A DNA stretch of 64,000 nucleotides from a virus (IMGVR_UViG_3300037294_000405:91283-155282); one strand, 5' to 3'. Numbered from the stretch's first letter, positions 40,572 through 50,642 are shown. The notes: generated from the sequence alone by a model not told the origin. Numbers and translations are program-made.

Positions 40572-41179
40572 TGGATATTAATAAAGATTATATTTTAACT
40601 AAAAATAATTACGTACCTATTGATAGTGTGAAAACTCAAATAGTTTTAGGTAGTACGTTTAATCATGATATGAAACATGTTATTGGGTGGCAAAATAGAC
40701 ACAATGGAAATTACAAAAAAACAGCTGCATTCACTATAAATTCGGCTGGTGTTATTTATAATCATTTTGACCCAAAACATTATTCTAATTTTTTTGGTGA
40801 AAAAGAACAAGATTCCAAATCAATAGTTATTCTTTTGGAAAATGATGGTTGGTTAATAAAAGACGAAGAAAAAAAACAATTTATTACTTGGATTGGTAAT
40901 ATTTATAATAAACCAAATGAAGTTTTTGAAAAAAGATGGAGAAACTATCGCTATTGGGCACCACACACGGAAATACAATTTGATTCGGCCTTAAAGCTAG
41001 TTAAAAAATTATGTGATGAATTTTATATACCTTTAGAGGTTATTGGTCATAATACAAAAGTGGATTCCTTATCTGATTTTCAAGGGGTGATTTATAAAAG
41101 CAATATTGAAAAACATTATACAGATTTAAACCCATCATGGAATTGTGTTGAGTTTAAAAATAAACTAGAAGAAATATGA
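40571..41179 (+). CDS. Amidase_2-fold protein, apparently lacking Zn ligands
   Basis: KTQIVL, F.I...G.IY, Q...A.KLV..LC..F.IP, D.NP layout, with GST in place of the HHT motif. Confidence 0.55.
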   Translation: MDINKDYILTKNNYVPIDSVKTQIVLGSTFNHDMKHVIGWQNRHNGNYKKTAAFTINSAGVIYNHFDPKHYSNFFGEKEQDSKSIVILLENDGWLIKDEEKKQFITWIGNIYNKPNEVFEKRWRNYRYWAPHTEIQFDSALKLVKKLCDEFYIPLEVIGHNTKVDSLSDFQGVIYKSNIEKHYTDLNPSWNCVEFKNKLEEI

Positions 41180-41658
41180 GAGAAAATATTAACGAACATG
41201 ATATGACCAAAAAAATGATGGATATCATGAGAGGTGGATTTAAACCACTTTTAAAAGAAGAGGAACAATCTATGGTACCTGTTGAAGGTGATGAAGGTTC
41301 AGAACCTAAAAAAGTAGAAGATGTGGTTACACCAGTAGCTGGTGATGCGGTATTTAATGACGAACTAAAAAAATTAAGAGACACAGTTACTCCTAGAATT
41401 AAATTAACTAGCTTTAAGATATTTCCAACTGATGAAAACGTGATTATTGATGGTGTTATGGAATATAAAGAGTCAGAAGGAACTGGTATAAGATTTAAAA
41501 TGTCTTTGGCTGCTGGTGAGGTTGAAACTACTATGAATGATATTGAATTAAACGACAACATCAGTGTTTTACTGCAAAAGTTAAAAGGTTACTATGAAAA
41601 CTTTAGACTTGAGTGGTCAAAAAAATTACCTAACGAATATAGGCCAAAACAAAACTAA
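41176..41658 (+). CDS. Hypothetical protein
   Basis: 160 aa coupled ORF. Confidence 0.65.
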   Translation: MRENINEHDMTKKMMDIMRGGFKPLLKEEEQSMVPVEGDEGSEPKKVEDVVTPVAGDAVFNDELKKLRDTVTPRIKLTSFKIFPTDENVIIDGVMEYKESEGTGIRFKMSLAAGEVETTMNDIELNDNISVLLQKLKGYYENFRLEWSKKLPNEYRPKQN

Positions 41659-42017
41659 TGAAAAAATCTCTAGATATTAAATCGATTTTTATTATTGTTT
41701 TAGGTGTGTTATTGTTGATTGCTATTTTTGTTGGTCAAAAAAACAACCCTAGCGATTATCAAAAACAAATTCGTGTGTTAGATAAAGACAACAAAAAGTT
41801 AGTTTCTAGAAATGATAGTTTAAAAAGTGAAAATATTAAATTAGACACATTCATTATTAGTATAGAAAATAAAATCAAAGAGAATGATGTAAAACTATCT
41901 CAAACACAATCACAATTAAATGATTTAAAAAAGAAAAAAAATGAAACACCTATTTATGTTAATAGTTTGTCTGCTAATGGTGTCGCAAACGCATTCTCAG
42001 ACTATCTCGAAGAATAA
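41658..42017 (+). CDS. N-terminally anchored coiled-coil membrane protein
   Basis: TM helix then heptad repeats. Confidence 0.65.
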   Translation: MKKSLDIKSIFIIVLGVLLLIAIFVGQKNNPSDYQKQIRVLDKDNKKLVSRNDSLKSENIKLDTFIISIENKIKENDVKLSQTQSQLNDLKKKKNETPIYVNSLSANGVANAFSDYLEE

Positions 42018-42399
42018 ACCTAGAGTTACAACTGTAGTAACAACACAAGGCGATACCTTAATACAATTCCACATAAAAGACGCTAAAAAAATATTAGCCG
42101 ATGTGTTGGATAAGAAAATTGTTGATAGTCTTGTAAATGTTTACGTGTTAAGAGATAGTTTACAAAAAAATACAATTGATTTGCAAGTATCAAAGATAAA
42201 AGTGATGCAACAAAAAAGCGATAACCAAGCACAGCAAGTTATAAATTTAGAAAAAATTATAGCAAATAAAAATGAAGAAGTTGCTATTTTAAATAACACA
42301 ATTGAAGACCAAAATAAAGAAATAAAAAAACAAAAAAGACTTAAAACATTAGGTTTTATTGGTTCTATTGTTCTTCCAATATTAGTTTTATTATTATAA
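41941..42399 (+). CDS. Signal peptide + coiled coil + C-terminal TM protein
   Basis: MKHLFMLIVCLLMVSQTHSQ signal peptide; hydrophobic C-terminus; overlaps the upstream gene by 77 nt. Confidence 0.65.
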   Translation: MKHLFMLIVCLLMVSQTHSQTISKNKPRVTTVVTTQGDTLIQFHIKDAKKILADVLDKKIVDSLVNVYVLRDSLQKNTIDLQVSKIKVMQQKSDNQAQQVINLEKIIANKNEEVAILNNTIEDQNKEIKKQKRLKTLGFIGSIVLPILVLLL

Positions 42400-42556
42400 A
42401 TATGAAAAAAGAGTTTCCAATAAAGCTTCAACGATAAAAGAAGGTAAAGCAAAAAGTAATACAAAGAAAAGTGGTGGTAAAGGTACACAACCACCACCAA
42501 TTAATAACAAAAAAGATATTCCATTATTTGACTCAAACACTGGTGAACCAAACCCA

Positions 42557-43033
42557 TTGTATGAATCTTTAACTGGTGAACCAAATCCGTTATTAAATAA
42601 ATGGAAGAAAGAAGATTTTCATAACATTCCACAAAATTTTGAACCAATACTAAAAAATAGATTTTTAGTTATATTCCCAGAAGAATTGGGTATTGAACCA
42701 TATTTAATTAGTGAAATTAAACTACCAAGTGTTTCAATTAAAGTTAATCGTTGGGGTAGTGTTAATTATAATACTAGTGATTTAGAATTTAAGATGATTG
42801 ATTCAGTGAATAACCCTAAATTACCCTTGATTCACTCAATATTTAGAAAATACACTAAATTTGATATGGTAGTTGAACAATTAGACGCAAAAAATATTTC
42901 GTGTAAACGTTTTGAACTAAAAGATTGTTGTATATCTAGAATTGATTGTGAAACTATGGGTTACTCTAACCCAGACAATGAGATGTATAATTATAGGGTG
43001 ACAATCACACCAAACGATATTACCATCAAGTAA
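42557..43033 (+). CDS. Tail tube (gp19)-like paralogue; true start probably 42402 via an A-run frameshift
   Basis: FEP..KNRFLV.FP..LGI..Y.I....LPS and LD motifs of tube-fold proteins. Confidence 0.55.
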   Translation: MYESLTGEPNPLLNKWKKEDFHNIPQNFEPILKNRFLVIFPEELGIEPYLISEIKLPSVSIKVNRWGSVNYNTSDLEFKMIDSVNNPKLPLIHSIFRKYTKFDMVVEQLDAKNISCKRFELKDCCISRIDCETMGYSNPDNEMYNYRVTITPNDITIK

Positions 43034-43053
43034 CTATTTATAAGACAATAAAT

Positions 43054-43078
43054 AAAAGCCTTTAATAGGGCTTTTTTT
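43054..43078 (+). terminator. Intrinsic terminator
   Basis: aaaagcct-ttaata-gggc followed by T7. Confidence 0.75.
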
Positions 43079-43088
43079 GTTATTCTTA

Positions 43089-43097
43089 ATATTTATA
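43089..43097 (+). promoter_or_regulatory. Putative phage late promoter ATATTTATA (representative copy)
   Basis: Recurs just upstream of starts at 17188, 22751, 26247, 38361, 45235, 48197, 52982 and 61827, and on the minus strand at 28568-28576. Confidence 0.7.
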
Positions 43098-43111
43098 ATA
43101 AAAACATTATA

Positions 43112-43363
43112 ATGGTCGAAAACAATAAAAAAATTAACGAAAATCTTAGTAAAGCCGATATGTCCAAAGAAATAAAAGTTTACATGGATAGTGAGGCTTT
43201 CAAATCAAAAGTTGAAAAGATAGTTAAGGATAGACTTAAAAATGAAAAAGAACTAGAAGATAAAGTAGTGGAGATAACTAAAAACGTTCTTACACAGTTA
43301 TTCAAAGCTCTTTGGATTAAAAAAAGTTTTTGGAGAGATAATTTAAGTAATAAAACAAATTAA
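43112..43363 (+). CDS. Hypothetical protein
   Basis: 83 aa ORF after the late motif. Confidence 0.65.
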   Translation: MVENNKKINENLSKADMSKEIKVYMDSEAFKSKVEKIVKDRLKNEKELEDKVVEITKNVLTQLFKALWIKKSFWRDNLSNKTN

Positions 43364-43366
43364 ACT

Positions 43367-45214
43367 ATGAATAACGATTCAAATAAAAACAAATTGAAAA
43401 TAACCAAAGAACAATACAATAGAATTTTTGTTTCTGGTTTAATCAAAGAAAATATTAGTGAGGCGCAGTTTCCAAAAGTTAAAGGTGGGTTAACTAGAGT
43501 CGATAAAGAATTTAAAAAAGTAATGGGTAACACGCTTAATGAGGGTGAAGACCAATTAAAAAAAGAAACACTAGAATTAATAAAATACCTTTACCGTAAA
43601 TCAGATGAATTTTCTTCATTTTGGGGTGACAACGATTTAACTTATGATGATATTTGTGATGCTTTGGAGGCTAGTAAGTTAGTTGTTAAAAAAGATGGTG
43701 GTTATGAATTATCTAAAACTTTAGGTTCTCCAGATAAAGCAATAAACGCTGTTGAAGAAGAATTAAGAGCTATGCTTGGAAATGATAAAACACCTAAAGA
43801 TGAACTTGAAGAAGGTGATTGGTTCGACAGTTTATCCAACCACCCAGCAAACCAACCAGATTCAAAATATAGTAAAGGTAGAGACGTTAAAAACCCTAAA
43901 TTACAAGTGTTAGGTTATAATGGCGAATTTGCTTTTGTTAAAAGTGATGATGGTGGGTTATATGCTTTTTATTATGACAATATTGATAGAGATAGTTTTT
44001 TGGATTATGTTGATAGAGAAATAATTGATTCAGAACCAGATGGTGAAGGTGGTTACGATTATGAATATAGCGATGATTGGGATATTGATGGTGAAGTATT
44101 AACGGATTACATCAACGATTACCTTTCTGGGTTTAAAGTTGGTGAAGGTTTGGCTGCATGGGAAAGTGGTGATTTTAATTTGGTTAAAATTGATGATGAA
44201 TTAAAACAAGACTTTTTAGAAATGTATGATAAAGACCCTATGGTTACTAAAACATTAGGTGGTATTAATGAAAACGAAACAGAAGACGATAAAATGGCTA
44301 GAATTAAAGCTGTAACCGCACAAAGAAGAGCCGATTCACAAAGATACGAAGATGAGTTTTTTAAAAGGAGAGACGCACAAAACAAATTAGATTCTAAAAA
44401 CGCTAAAAAAGCGATGAAACTTAAAGATATACCCGAACCAGATTCAATACCAGAACCTAAAAAACCAGTTGGACAATACAACGTGTTTGGTGGTGTTGAT
44501 GAAATGGAAGGTGGTGCTATGGGTGGTACAAATACTATGTCTGTGGGTGGTCAATTTACCCCATCACTAAGTACGGGTGATTCTTCTATTGTAAAAAGAG
44601 AAATGCCAGATGTTCCAGTTGTAAAAGAAGATTTAGGTTTAGGTTATACGCATTTCGCTATCTTTAAATCTGACGGTAAAATCGCTGATGGTTGGGATTA
44701 TACAGATATTGACAATGAAAGTATAAAATATTACACCAAAGAAGATTTAATTAATAATTTCCCAGAAAATAGACCATCTGATTTTAAAGTTGTAACTATA
44801 AATGTTTTAAATAGAATGGGTATTGACCCATCTGATACGAATAATTGGTACAAACCAACTATGAACGAAACCACGGATGTTGCTTCTGCTGGTAATTTCC
44901 AGTATGACACACCTGGTGGGTTGACAATGGATTTGGGTAAAAATAATCCAAAAACAAAAGCTGAAAAGAAAACACAATGGGCTGGTGGTGCGTTTGTTGA
45001 TTTTAACGATTGTGTTAAAATGAATAACAAACCAGCTGGTGCTGGTTGTAGTGCTGGGGCTGTTGATAACGTTGTTAAACTTAAAAAAACAAAAGGTAAT
45101 GTAAACGCACCTTCTTTGAGTGAAAACAAAATATACGAGGCTATTGCCAAAAAAACAGGTAAAACGATTGATGAGGTAAAAGCTATCATTACCGCAAAAA
45201 ACACTAAAGGTTAA
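43367..45214 (+). CDS. Acidic modular protein, putative head-internal protein
   Basis: 615 aa with repeated (L/I/M/V)xE junction motifs. Confidence 0.6.
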   Translation: MNNDSNKNKLKITKEQYNRIFVSGLIKENISEAQFPKVKGGLTRVDKEFKKVMGNTLNEGEDQLKKETLELIKYLYRKSDEFSSFWGDNDLTYDDICDALEASKLVVKKDGGYELSKTLGSPDKAINAVEEELRAMLGNDKTPKDELEEGDWFDSLSNHPANQPDSKYSKGRDVKNPKLQVLGYNGEFAFVKSDDGGLYAFYYDNIDRDSFLDYVDREIIDSEPDGEGGYDYEYSDDWDIDGEVLTDYINDYLSGFKVGEGLAAWESGDFNLVKIDDELKQDFLEMYDKDPMVTKTLGGINENETEDDKMARIKAVTAQRRADSQRYEDEFFKRRDAQNKLDSKNAKKAMKLKDIPEPDSIPEPKKPVGQYNVFGGVDEMEGGAMGGTNTMSVGGQFTPSLSTGDSSIVKREMPDVPVVKEDLGLGYTHFAIFKSDGKIADGWDYTDIDNESIKYYTKEDLINNFPENRPSDFKVVTINVLNRMGIDPSDTNNWYKPTMNETTDVASAGNFQYDTPGGLTMDLGKNNPKTKAEKKTQWAGGAFVDFNDCVKMNNKPAGAGCSAGAVDNVVKLKKTKGNVNAPSLSENKIYEAIAKKTGKTIDEVKAIITAKNTKG

Positions 45215-45258
45215 TAACTTTACATAAAACTAAGATATTTATAATAAAATCATAAAAG

Positions 45259-47394
45259 ATGGATAAAAATATAATTAAAAATCACTTAACTCAAAGATTT
45301 GTATCTGAAGCAAATGGTCAGACTAATACTCCTGGTATTACAGTGACTAACGCTATTCAAAAAAAATCTGGTGAAGAAAACAAAGCTGGTCTTAAAGCTA
45401 TTGAAAAAGATTTAACTACTTATAGTAAAAATGTTAAAAAAGACAAAGATATGTCTAAAATAGTTCAAAACAAATTTAACTACGAAGATGGCGAACTCGA
45501 ATATCATAACCAAATGGAAATCATGAACGGTCAAGAAATGATTGAATATGATAGAGAACCAAACAAAACTTTTAAGGATAGAGCTAAAGAAGCTATTGAG
45601 GGTAGTTCTAGAATGGGTAACAAAGGCGGTAAAGATATGGGTAACGCTGAAGCGATGGATAATGTTTCTTCTGATGATTTCGGTAAAGAAAGAATTAAAA
45701 ATGCTGTAGCCTCAACAAAGAAAAGACAAGACGCTGTGAAGGGTGTTATTAGTTTTGGTGACGATATTGAAACCGTATCTAAAAATTATGCTCCAATGTC
45801 GAAACACTCAGCACTTAATGAGAACATATCAGACAAATTAAAAGAAAACTTGACCAATTTAGTTAATAAACTTGGTGCGAATGAAACAGCTATTAAGTTA
45901 GTTAATAAATTAAGTCAAACAGGTATGGTTTCTGATTCTCCAGATAGTATGGAATATGGTAGCGGTATCAATAGAGTAGCTAGTATGTTAGAAAAAGGTG
46001 ATTTTGAAATGGCAGTTAAATCTGCTAAATCATTAGCGATTAAACTAGAAAAAAAAGCTATGAAAGATATGGGTATGTTTGAAAACAATGATAATAATAA
46101 ACCACAAATAAAAGAAACAATGAAAAGATTAAAGTTTAATAAGAATGGTGACAAACCATTTGAAGGTGTTAATATAACACAAAAATTGGGTCACGCTTTA
46201 ACGTTAATCCCAGAAAGTTATAAAGTAGATAGTAAAGAATTTGAAATGACTGATGGTTCAGTTTCATGTAAAGTTCGTTGGGAAGGTACGTTGAACGAAG
46301 GTAAAGCCGTAGTTCTTTTAGCTTCAGATAAATCTATGGTTAATGAAGATATGCAAAAAATGAAACACCTTATGGGTTACAAATCTCAAGAAACTTTAGG
46401 TACTGTAAAAGGTATGGCTAGACTTGATGAAAATGTTGCGTTTGGTGATATTTGGAATAAAACAAAAATCCTTTTAGAGGGTGAAGATATAGAAAGTGCT
46501 AAAGCTAAAACTGGTAATTTTGATGATGTAAAGAAAAAAGCCCCAGAAGCTACTAAACACGTACAAGGTTCGGTATCTACAGATAAAGGAACGAAAGCGC
46601 CATCCGTTAAAGAAGGTGATTTAGACGATGCAGTATCACATGCAGCTGAAGCTACTAAACACGTACAAGGTTCGGTATCTACAGATAAAGGAACAAAAGA
46701 GCCATCCGTTAAAGAAGGTGATTTAGAAGATATCAAGAAAAAAGCCCCAGAAGCTACTAAACATGTTACAATGAAAGAATCTATGTATGAAAGTGATGAA
46801 GAGGAATCTGAAGAAGGCGAAGAAGAAGGAATGGTTAAAGAAGTTTCTAGTTCTAACAATATTGAAGGTACCAAAGCGGCTAACGGTCACTGGGAAGATA
46901 TAAGTGTCCCTCACGCTGCTGAAGCTAAAAAACATGTTCACATGGGTAAAGAATCAGCTGCTAAAGTAGAAACTGAAGCTAAAGAAGAATCAATCAGTGA
47001 AGGTATCGAATTAAACGGTACTATCTTTAATTTCATTAATGAAAATTATATGGAAGAAGAAGAAGAAGAAGAAGAAGAAGAAATTGATGTTGATGCTGAA
47101 CCAGCGGATGACGAAATTGCTTCAGATATACCTAGTGTTGATGGAGAAGACGAAGAAGATGATGTTAAAGTTCCATCTGTACCAGTAGCTAAAGCTGGTC
47201 CTAGACTTATGGTTAGTCAATCAACTGGTGAATACTTCATTGTAGGTGCTGGTCCAAAACCAGTTCCAGTTCCATTGGAAGATAAAGAAATGGCAAAAAG
47301 AAACCCAGCAAAATATTTAGAAAGCATTATGGGTGATGAAGATTCCTTGTTTGAAGAAGACATGATTGAAAAAAAAAATATAATTCAGAAGTAG
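45259..47394 (+). CDS. Low-complexity acidic protein with internal repeats, putative head-internal/scaffold protein
   Basis: 711 aa; poly-Glu tracts; 34-aa repeat EATKHVQGSVSTDKGTK. Confidence 0.6.
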   Translation: MDKNIIKNHLTQRFVSEANGQTNTPGITVTNAIQKKSGEENKAGLKAIEKDLTTYSKNVKKDKDMSKIVQNKFNYEDGELEYHNQMEIMNGQEMIEYDREPNKTFKDRAKEAIEGSSRMGNKGGKDMGNAEAMDNVSSDDFGKERIKNAVASTKKRQDAVKGVISFGDDIETVSKNYAPMSKHSALNENISDKLKENLTNLVNKLGANETAIKLVNKLSQTGMVSDSPDSMEYGSGINRVASMLEKGDFEMAVKSAKSLAIKLEKKAMKDMGMFENNDNNKPQIKETMKRLKFNKNGDKPFEGVNITQKLGHALTLIPESYKVDSKEFEMTDGSVSCKVRWEGTLNEGKAVVLLASDKSMVNEDMQKMKHLMGYKSQETLGTVKGMARLDENVAFGDIWNKTKILLEGEDIESAKAKTGNFDDVKKKAPEATKHVQGSVSTDKGTKAPSVKEGDLDDAVSHAAEATKHVQGSVSTDKGTKEPSVKEGDLEDIKKKAPEATKHVTMKESMYESDEEESEEGEEEGMVKEVSSSNNIEGTKAANGHWEDISVPHAAEAKKHVHMGKESAAKVETEAKEESISEGIELNGTIFNFINENYMEEEEEEEEEEIDVDAEPADDEIASDIPSVDGEDEEDDVKVPSVPVAKAGPRLMVSQSTGEYFIVGAGPKPVPVPLEDKEMAKRNPAKYLESIMGDEDSLFEEDMIEKKNIIQK
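46546..46767 (+). repeat. 102-bp tandem repeat (about 2.2 copies)
   Basis: gaagctactaaacacgtacaaggttcggtatct... at 46546 and 46648, partial copy at 46750. Confidence 0.85.
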
Positions 47395-47438
47395 AAGAGG
47401 GTTTTGGTGATGCTTTTAGAAGCTATGATAGAATCTTT

Positions 47439-47642
47439 ATGCGAGATAACAAAGATATGATTGAAGCAGTTAAATCAATGCCGCAAAGTGAAGAAAAAAT
47501 CATTAAAGCTAAAGAAGTGATTCGAAAAGCAAATGAATTTATCAAAACAAAAGGAATTGAAGTTGGTTCAGCTAATAGTCTTAAAAATGAAATTAAGAGA
47601 GCTATGGGTTACAACGTTAAAACTGGTATGAGTCAATCTTAA
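47439..47642 (+). CDS. Small ORF, possibly the frameshifted C-terminus of the upstream gene
   Basis: Its frame is open back to the A10 run at 47369-47378. Confidence 0.5.
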   Translation: MRDNKDMIEAVKSMPQSEEKIIKAKEVIRKANEFIKTKGIEVGSANSLKNEIKRAMGYNVKTGMSQS

Positions 47643-47662
47643 TAAAAAAAAATAAAAACACT

Positions 47663-47692
47663 AAAACCTCATAGCAATATGGGGTTTTTTTT
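47663..47692. terminator. Bidirectional terminator between convergent genes
   Basis: aaaacctcata-gcaa-tatggggtttttttt. Confidence 0.8.
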
Positions 47693-48122
47693 ATTTTAGT
47701 ACTTTATAGTCACGTTCAGTCAACGACTCAAACCCACATTCGTTCGCTTTATCTAAAATAGTATCGATAGTTACGTTTTTATCGTAAAATTCATTAATAA
47801 GTTCATCAAACTCAACGTTATAATCTAAAACAAACTGTTCTTTGAAAGTATCTAATTTGTTGGATACTATGATTTCAAGTAAATTTTCTGTAAAATCAAA
47901 CTCTACGAACAATTTAATCCGATATTCTTTAATAAGTTTTATAAAATCGTTTATTTGTTGGGTGGGTAGAAAAACGTATAGGTATTCATATTTAGTACAA
48001 GGACTTTCCTTCACCAATAAGAAATCACTCATATCTATTTCGTGTAAATCTTTAAACTCTTCTAAAACATCAAAATATAAGCTAGCGCAAGCTAAGTTTT
48101 CGATTTTAAGTAATGCAACCAT
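47691..48122 (-). CDS. Hypothetical protein
   Basis: 143 aa; TACCTTTG promoter on the minus strand upstream. C-terminal ILDKANECGFESLTE resembles the tail of 36876..37406. Confidence 0.7.
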   Translation of the reverse strand: MVALLKIENLACASLYFDVLEEFKDLHEIDMSDFLLVKESPCTKYEYLYVFLPTQQINDFIKLIKEYRIKLFVEFDFTENLLEIIVSNKLDTFKEQFVLDYNVEFDELINEFYDKNVTIDTILDKANECGFESLTERDYKVLK

Positions 48123-48220
48123 ATAATTAATTTCTTACAAAGGTAACATTTATATGGTGAATAAACAAATTTTTTAACGTTTTTAATTACATAAAGATAT
48201 TTATAGATAAACATAAAATT

Positions 48221-48835
48221 ATGAGCTTAAAAAAACTACAAGAAAAAATAGGTGTAACAGCAGATGGGGCCTTTGGACCAGCAACACTTAAAGCCGCTAT
48301 GGTTTATTATAAAATGACTCCAGAAAGAGCAGCACATTTCTTCGCCCAAACATCTCACGAAACAGGTGGTTTTAAATTATTTGTTGAAAATTTGAATTAT
48401 TCAGCTAAAGGGTTGCAAAGTATCTTTGGAAAATATTTTCCAGGCAATCTAGAGGAATCATACGCTAGACAACCAGAAAAAATTGCCAGTAGAGTATATG
48501 CCAATAGAATGGGTAATGGTAATGAATCGTCAATGGAAGGTTGGATTTTTCGTGGGCGAGGGGCTATCCAAACCACTGGAAAATCAAACTATAAATCTTT
48601 TTCCGACTCAATTAAAAAACCAGAAATAATGACAAACCCAGAATTAGTTGGTACTGATTACGCTTTTGAATCAGCTATGTTCTTTTTTACTAAAAATAAA
48701 ATTTGGGATGTTTGTGATAAAGGTGTTTCTTTAGAAACAATAACTAGGGTTAGTAGAATAATAAATGGTGGTACAAATGGTTTAGAAGATAGAATCGAAA
48801 AAACTAACTTATACTATAGTTGGTTAAAAAAATAA
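48221..48835 (+). CDS. GH19-family endolysin with short N-terminal peptidoglycan-binding motif
   Basis: ADGAFGPAT, HFFAQ..HETGG, ENLNYS, FRGRG.IQ.TGKSNY, INGG.NGL.DR. Confidence 0.9.
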   Translation: MSLKKLQEKIGVTADGAFGPATLKAAMVYYKMTPERAAHFFAQTSHETGGFKLFVENLNYSAKGLQSIFGKYFPGNLEESYARQPEKIASRVYANRMGNGNESSMEGWIFRGRGAIQTTGKSNYKSFSDSIKKPEIMTNPELVGTDYAFESAMFFFTKNKIWDVCDKGVSLETITRVSRIINGGTNGLEDRIEKTNLYYSWLKK

Positions 48836-48840
48836 AAAAA

Positions 48841-49071
48841 ATGAAAACATATAGAATGTGGATAGTAACTATTATGGTTATAATTACTTTTTGTTTAATT
48901 ATATTAGGTGTATTAGGTTCAATACATACAAACACTGAAGTTGCTGGTGAATGGAAAGAAATTTTGTTATTACTTTTAGGTGCTTTTATTGGTTCATATG
49001 GTAAAATAATTGACTATTGGTTTGGTGGTAAAGAAACTAACAATTATGATAACAAAGAAAATAATGAATAA
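48841..49071 (+). CDS. Two-TM membrane protein, holin candidate
   Basis: Two hydrophobic helices, IIDYWFG, directly after the endolysin. Confidence 0.55.
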   Translation: MKTYRMWIVTIMVIITFCLIILGVLGSIHTNTEVAGEWKEILLLLLGAFIGSYGKIIDYWFGGKETNNYDNKENNE

Positions 49072-49088
49072 TATTAAATAAGTGTAAA

Positions 49089-49988
49089 ATGGGTTTTTGG
49101 AAGAAAATGAAAAAAGGTGTTAGTAATGTAACTAACACAGTAGTTAATACAACTACAAACGTAGTTAACACAGTAGTTAATACAACTACAAACGTAGCTA
49201 ATACAGCGGTTAATACAACTACAAACAATTTAAAACAAGGTGTTTGCCTTGTTAACGATTCAGTTGATGCAGCTACAAATAAACTAAAAAAAGATGCTGT
49301 TAAAATCAATGAAGAATCAAATAAAGCTTTAGGTAAAATTAACGAGACTGTATTAACCCAAGTAGGTGAGTCCGTAGTCAATACCGCAAAACAAACATCT
49401 AAATCATTAGGTGATTCTGGTGAGACATTTTTGGCTGGTGCGACAATTGTTGGTGAAGGTTTTGAGTGTGCTGGTGATTTTGTTGTTAACACAGCAGAAG
49501 CGGCTGCTGAATGGATAGATGAAAACGCATGTGAAATTGGTATGGGTGTTGCTTTTGGTGCGTTATTTGGTGCTATGTTATATAGACCAGAACCAGAATC
49601 GGTAGCACAAACATCTGCTACTATGGCACCATTAAGCTGTACAGCGGTAGCTTATATTGCAGCAAAAGAAATTGGTCAAGAGGCAGTAATGGGTGCTATT
49701 ATTGGTGTTGCGTGCGACTTAACCGCAACGTCTTTTGTTGAATTAATCTGGCAAATACCAGAAGTTAAAAAAGGTGTTGGGAATAAAAATAAAGAAATAT
49801 TAACTTCAGCGATATCTTTTACAATTGCTAAATCATTAGACGCATATGCTGGCGCTTACGTCATCCCTCAAAGTGGTGCTGCCGTTATTTGTGGTATAGT
49901 TGGTAGTATGGCAACACGTTTAATATGTAGTGGTACAGTACCAAAAAATTGGAGAGATTGGGCTGAAACGGCATCAGCTGGTGCATAA
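49089..49988 (+). CDS. Hypothetical protein with 11-aa NTVVNTTTNVV repeats and hydrophobic C-terminal half
   Basis: 33-bp tandem repeat, about 3 copies, at 49134-49226. Confidence 0.65.
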   Translation: MGFWKKMKKGVSNVTNTVVNTTTNVVNTVVNTTTNVANTAVNTTTNNLKQGVCLVNDSVDAATNKLKKDAVKINEESNKALGKINETVLTQVGESVVNTAKQTSKSLGDSGETFLAGATIVGEGFECAGDFVVNTAEAAAEWIDENACEIGMGVAFGALFGAMLYRPEPESVAQTSATMAPLSCTAVAYIAAKEIGQEAVMGAIIGVACDLTATSFVELIWQIPEVKKGVGNKNKEILTSAISFTIAKSLDAYAGAYVIPQSGAAVICGIVGSMATRLICSGTVPKNWRDWAETASAGA

Positions 49989-50012
49989 TAAATTTATTTA
50001 ATAACTAAAGTA

Positions 50013-50600
50013 ATGTATAATAAAGAAAAAATAGAAAAAGCTGTAAAGGCTAAAGGATATGTTTGGTTCGAAGGGGCCAAAGATTTTGATGTAAATATAG
50101 TTGGTGTTAGAACGTCAGAAACTGGTGATAAAGTAACAAATGTTTTTGATGATTTTATCACTGTTTCTTATAAAGAAGGTGGTGAATGGAAATTCAAATC
50201 TTGGCCTTGTACCACAGACCCAGGCACAAAAGGTGTTAGAGAATTCAAAAACGCTGCTGGTGTTGCTAGATTAGTTGAAGGCCAATATAGGGGTTCACAC
50301 ACATTAGGGTTACATCAAGGTAAATATGAGGCTCTTAGACAGGTTAAAAAAGTTAAAGTTTATAGAGACGCTAATAAAAATATGATTTATGATGAAAGTA
50401 AAATACAAGAAGGTGTTTTTGGTATTAACATACATAAAGCTGGTTTTAATTCTACATTTGTAGAAAACTGGTCAGAAGGATGTCAAGTATTTAAAAAAGC
50501 TGCTGACTTTGAAGAATTTATGGTTATTTGTCGTAAAGCGGCTGCGATTCATGGAAAATCATTTAGTTACACATTAATTGAGTCATCTGACTTAAATTAA
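50013..50600 (+). CDS. Putative cell-wall enzyme with L,D-transpeptidase-like His/Cys motif
   Basis: GINIH....NWSEGCQV fits the HX14-17(S/T)xGC pattern. Confidence 0.6.
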   Translation: MYNKEKIEKAVKAKGYVWFEGAKDFDVNIVGVRTSETGDKVTNVFDDFITVSYKEGGEWKFKSWPCTTDPGTKGVREFKNAAGVARLVEGQYRGSHTLGLHQGKYEALRQVKKVKVYRDANKNMIYDESKIQEGVFGINIHKAGFNSTFVENWSEGCQVFKKAADFEEFMVICRKAAAIHGKSFSYTLIESSDLN

Positions 50601-50642
50601 TGTTTATTTTTTTAATGTGTTTATTATATTAAAATAAAGAAT

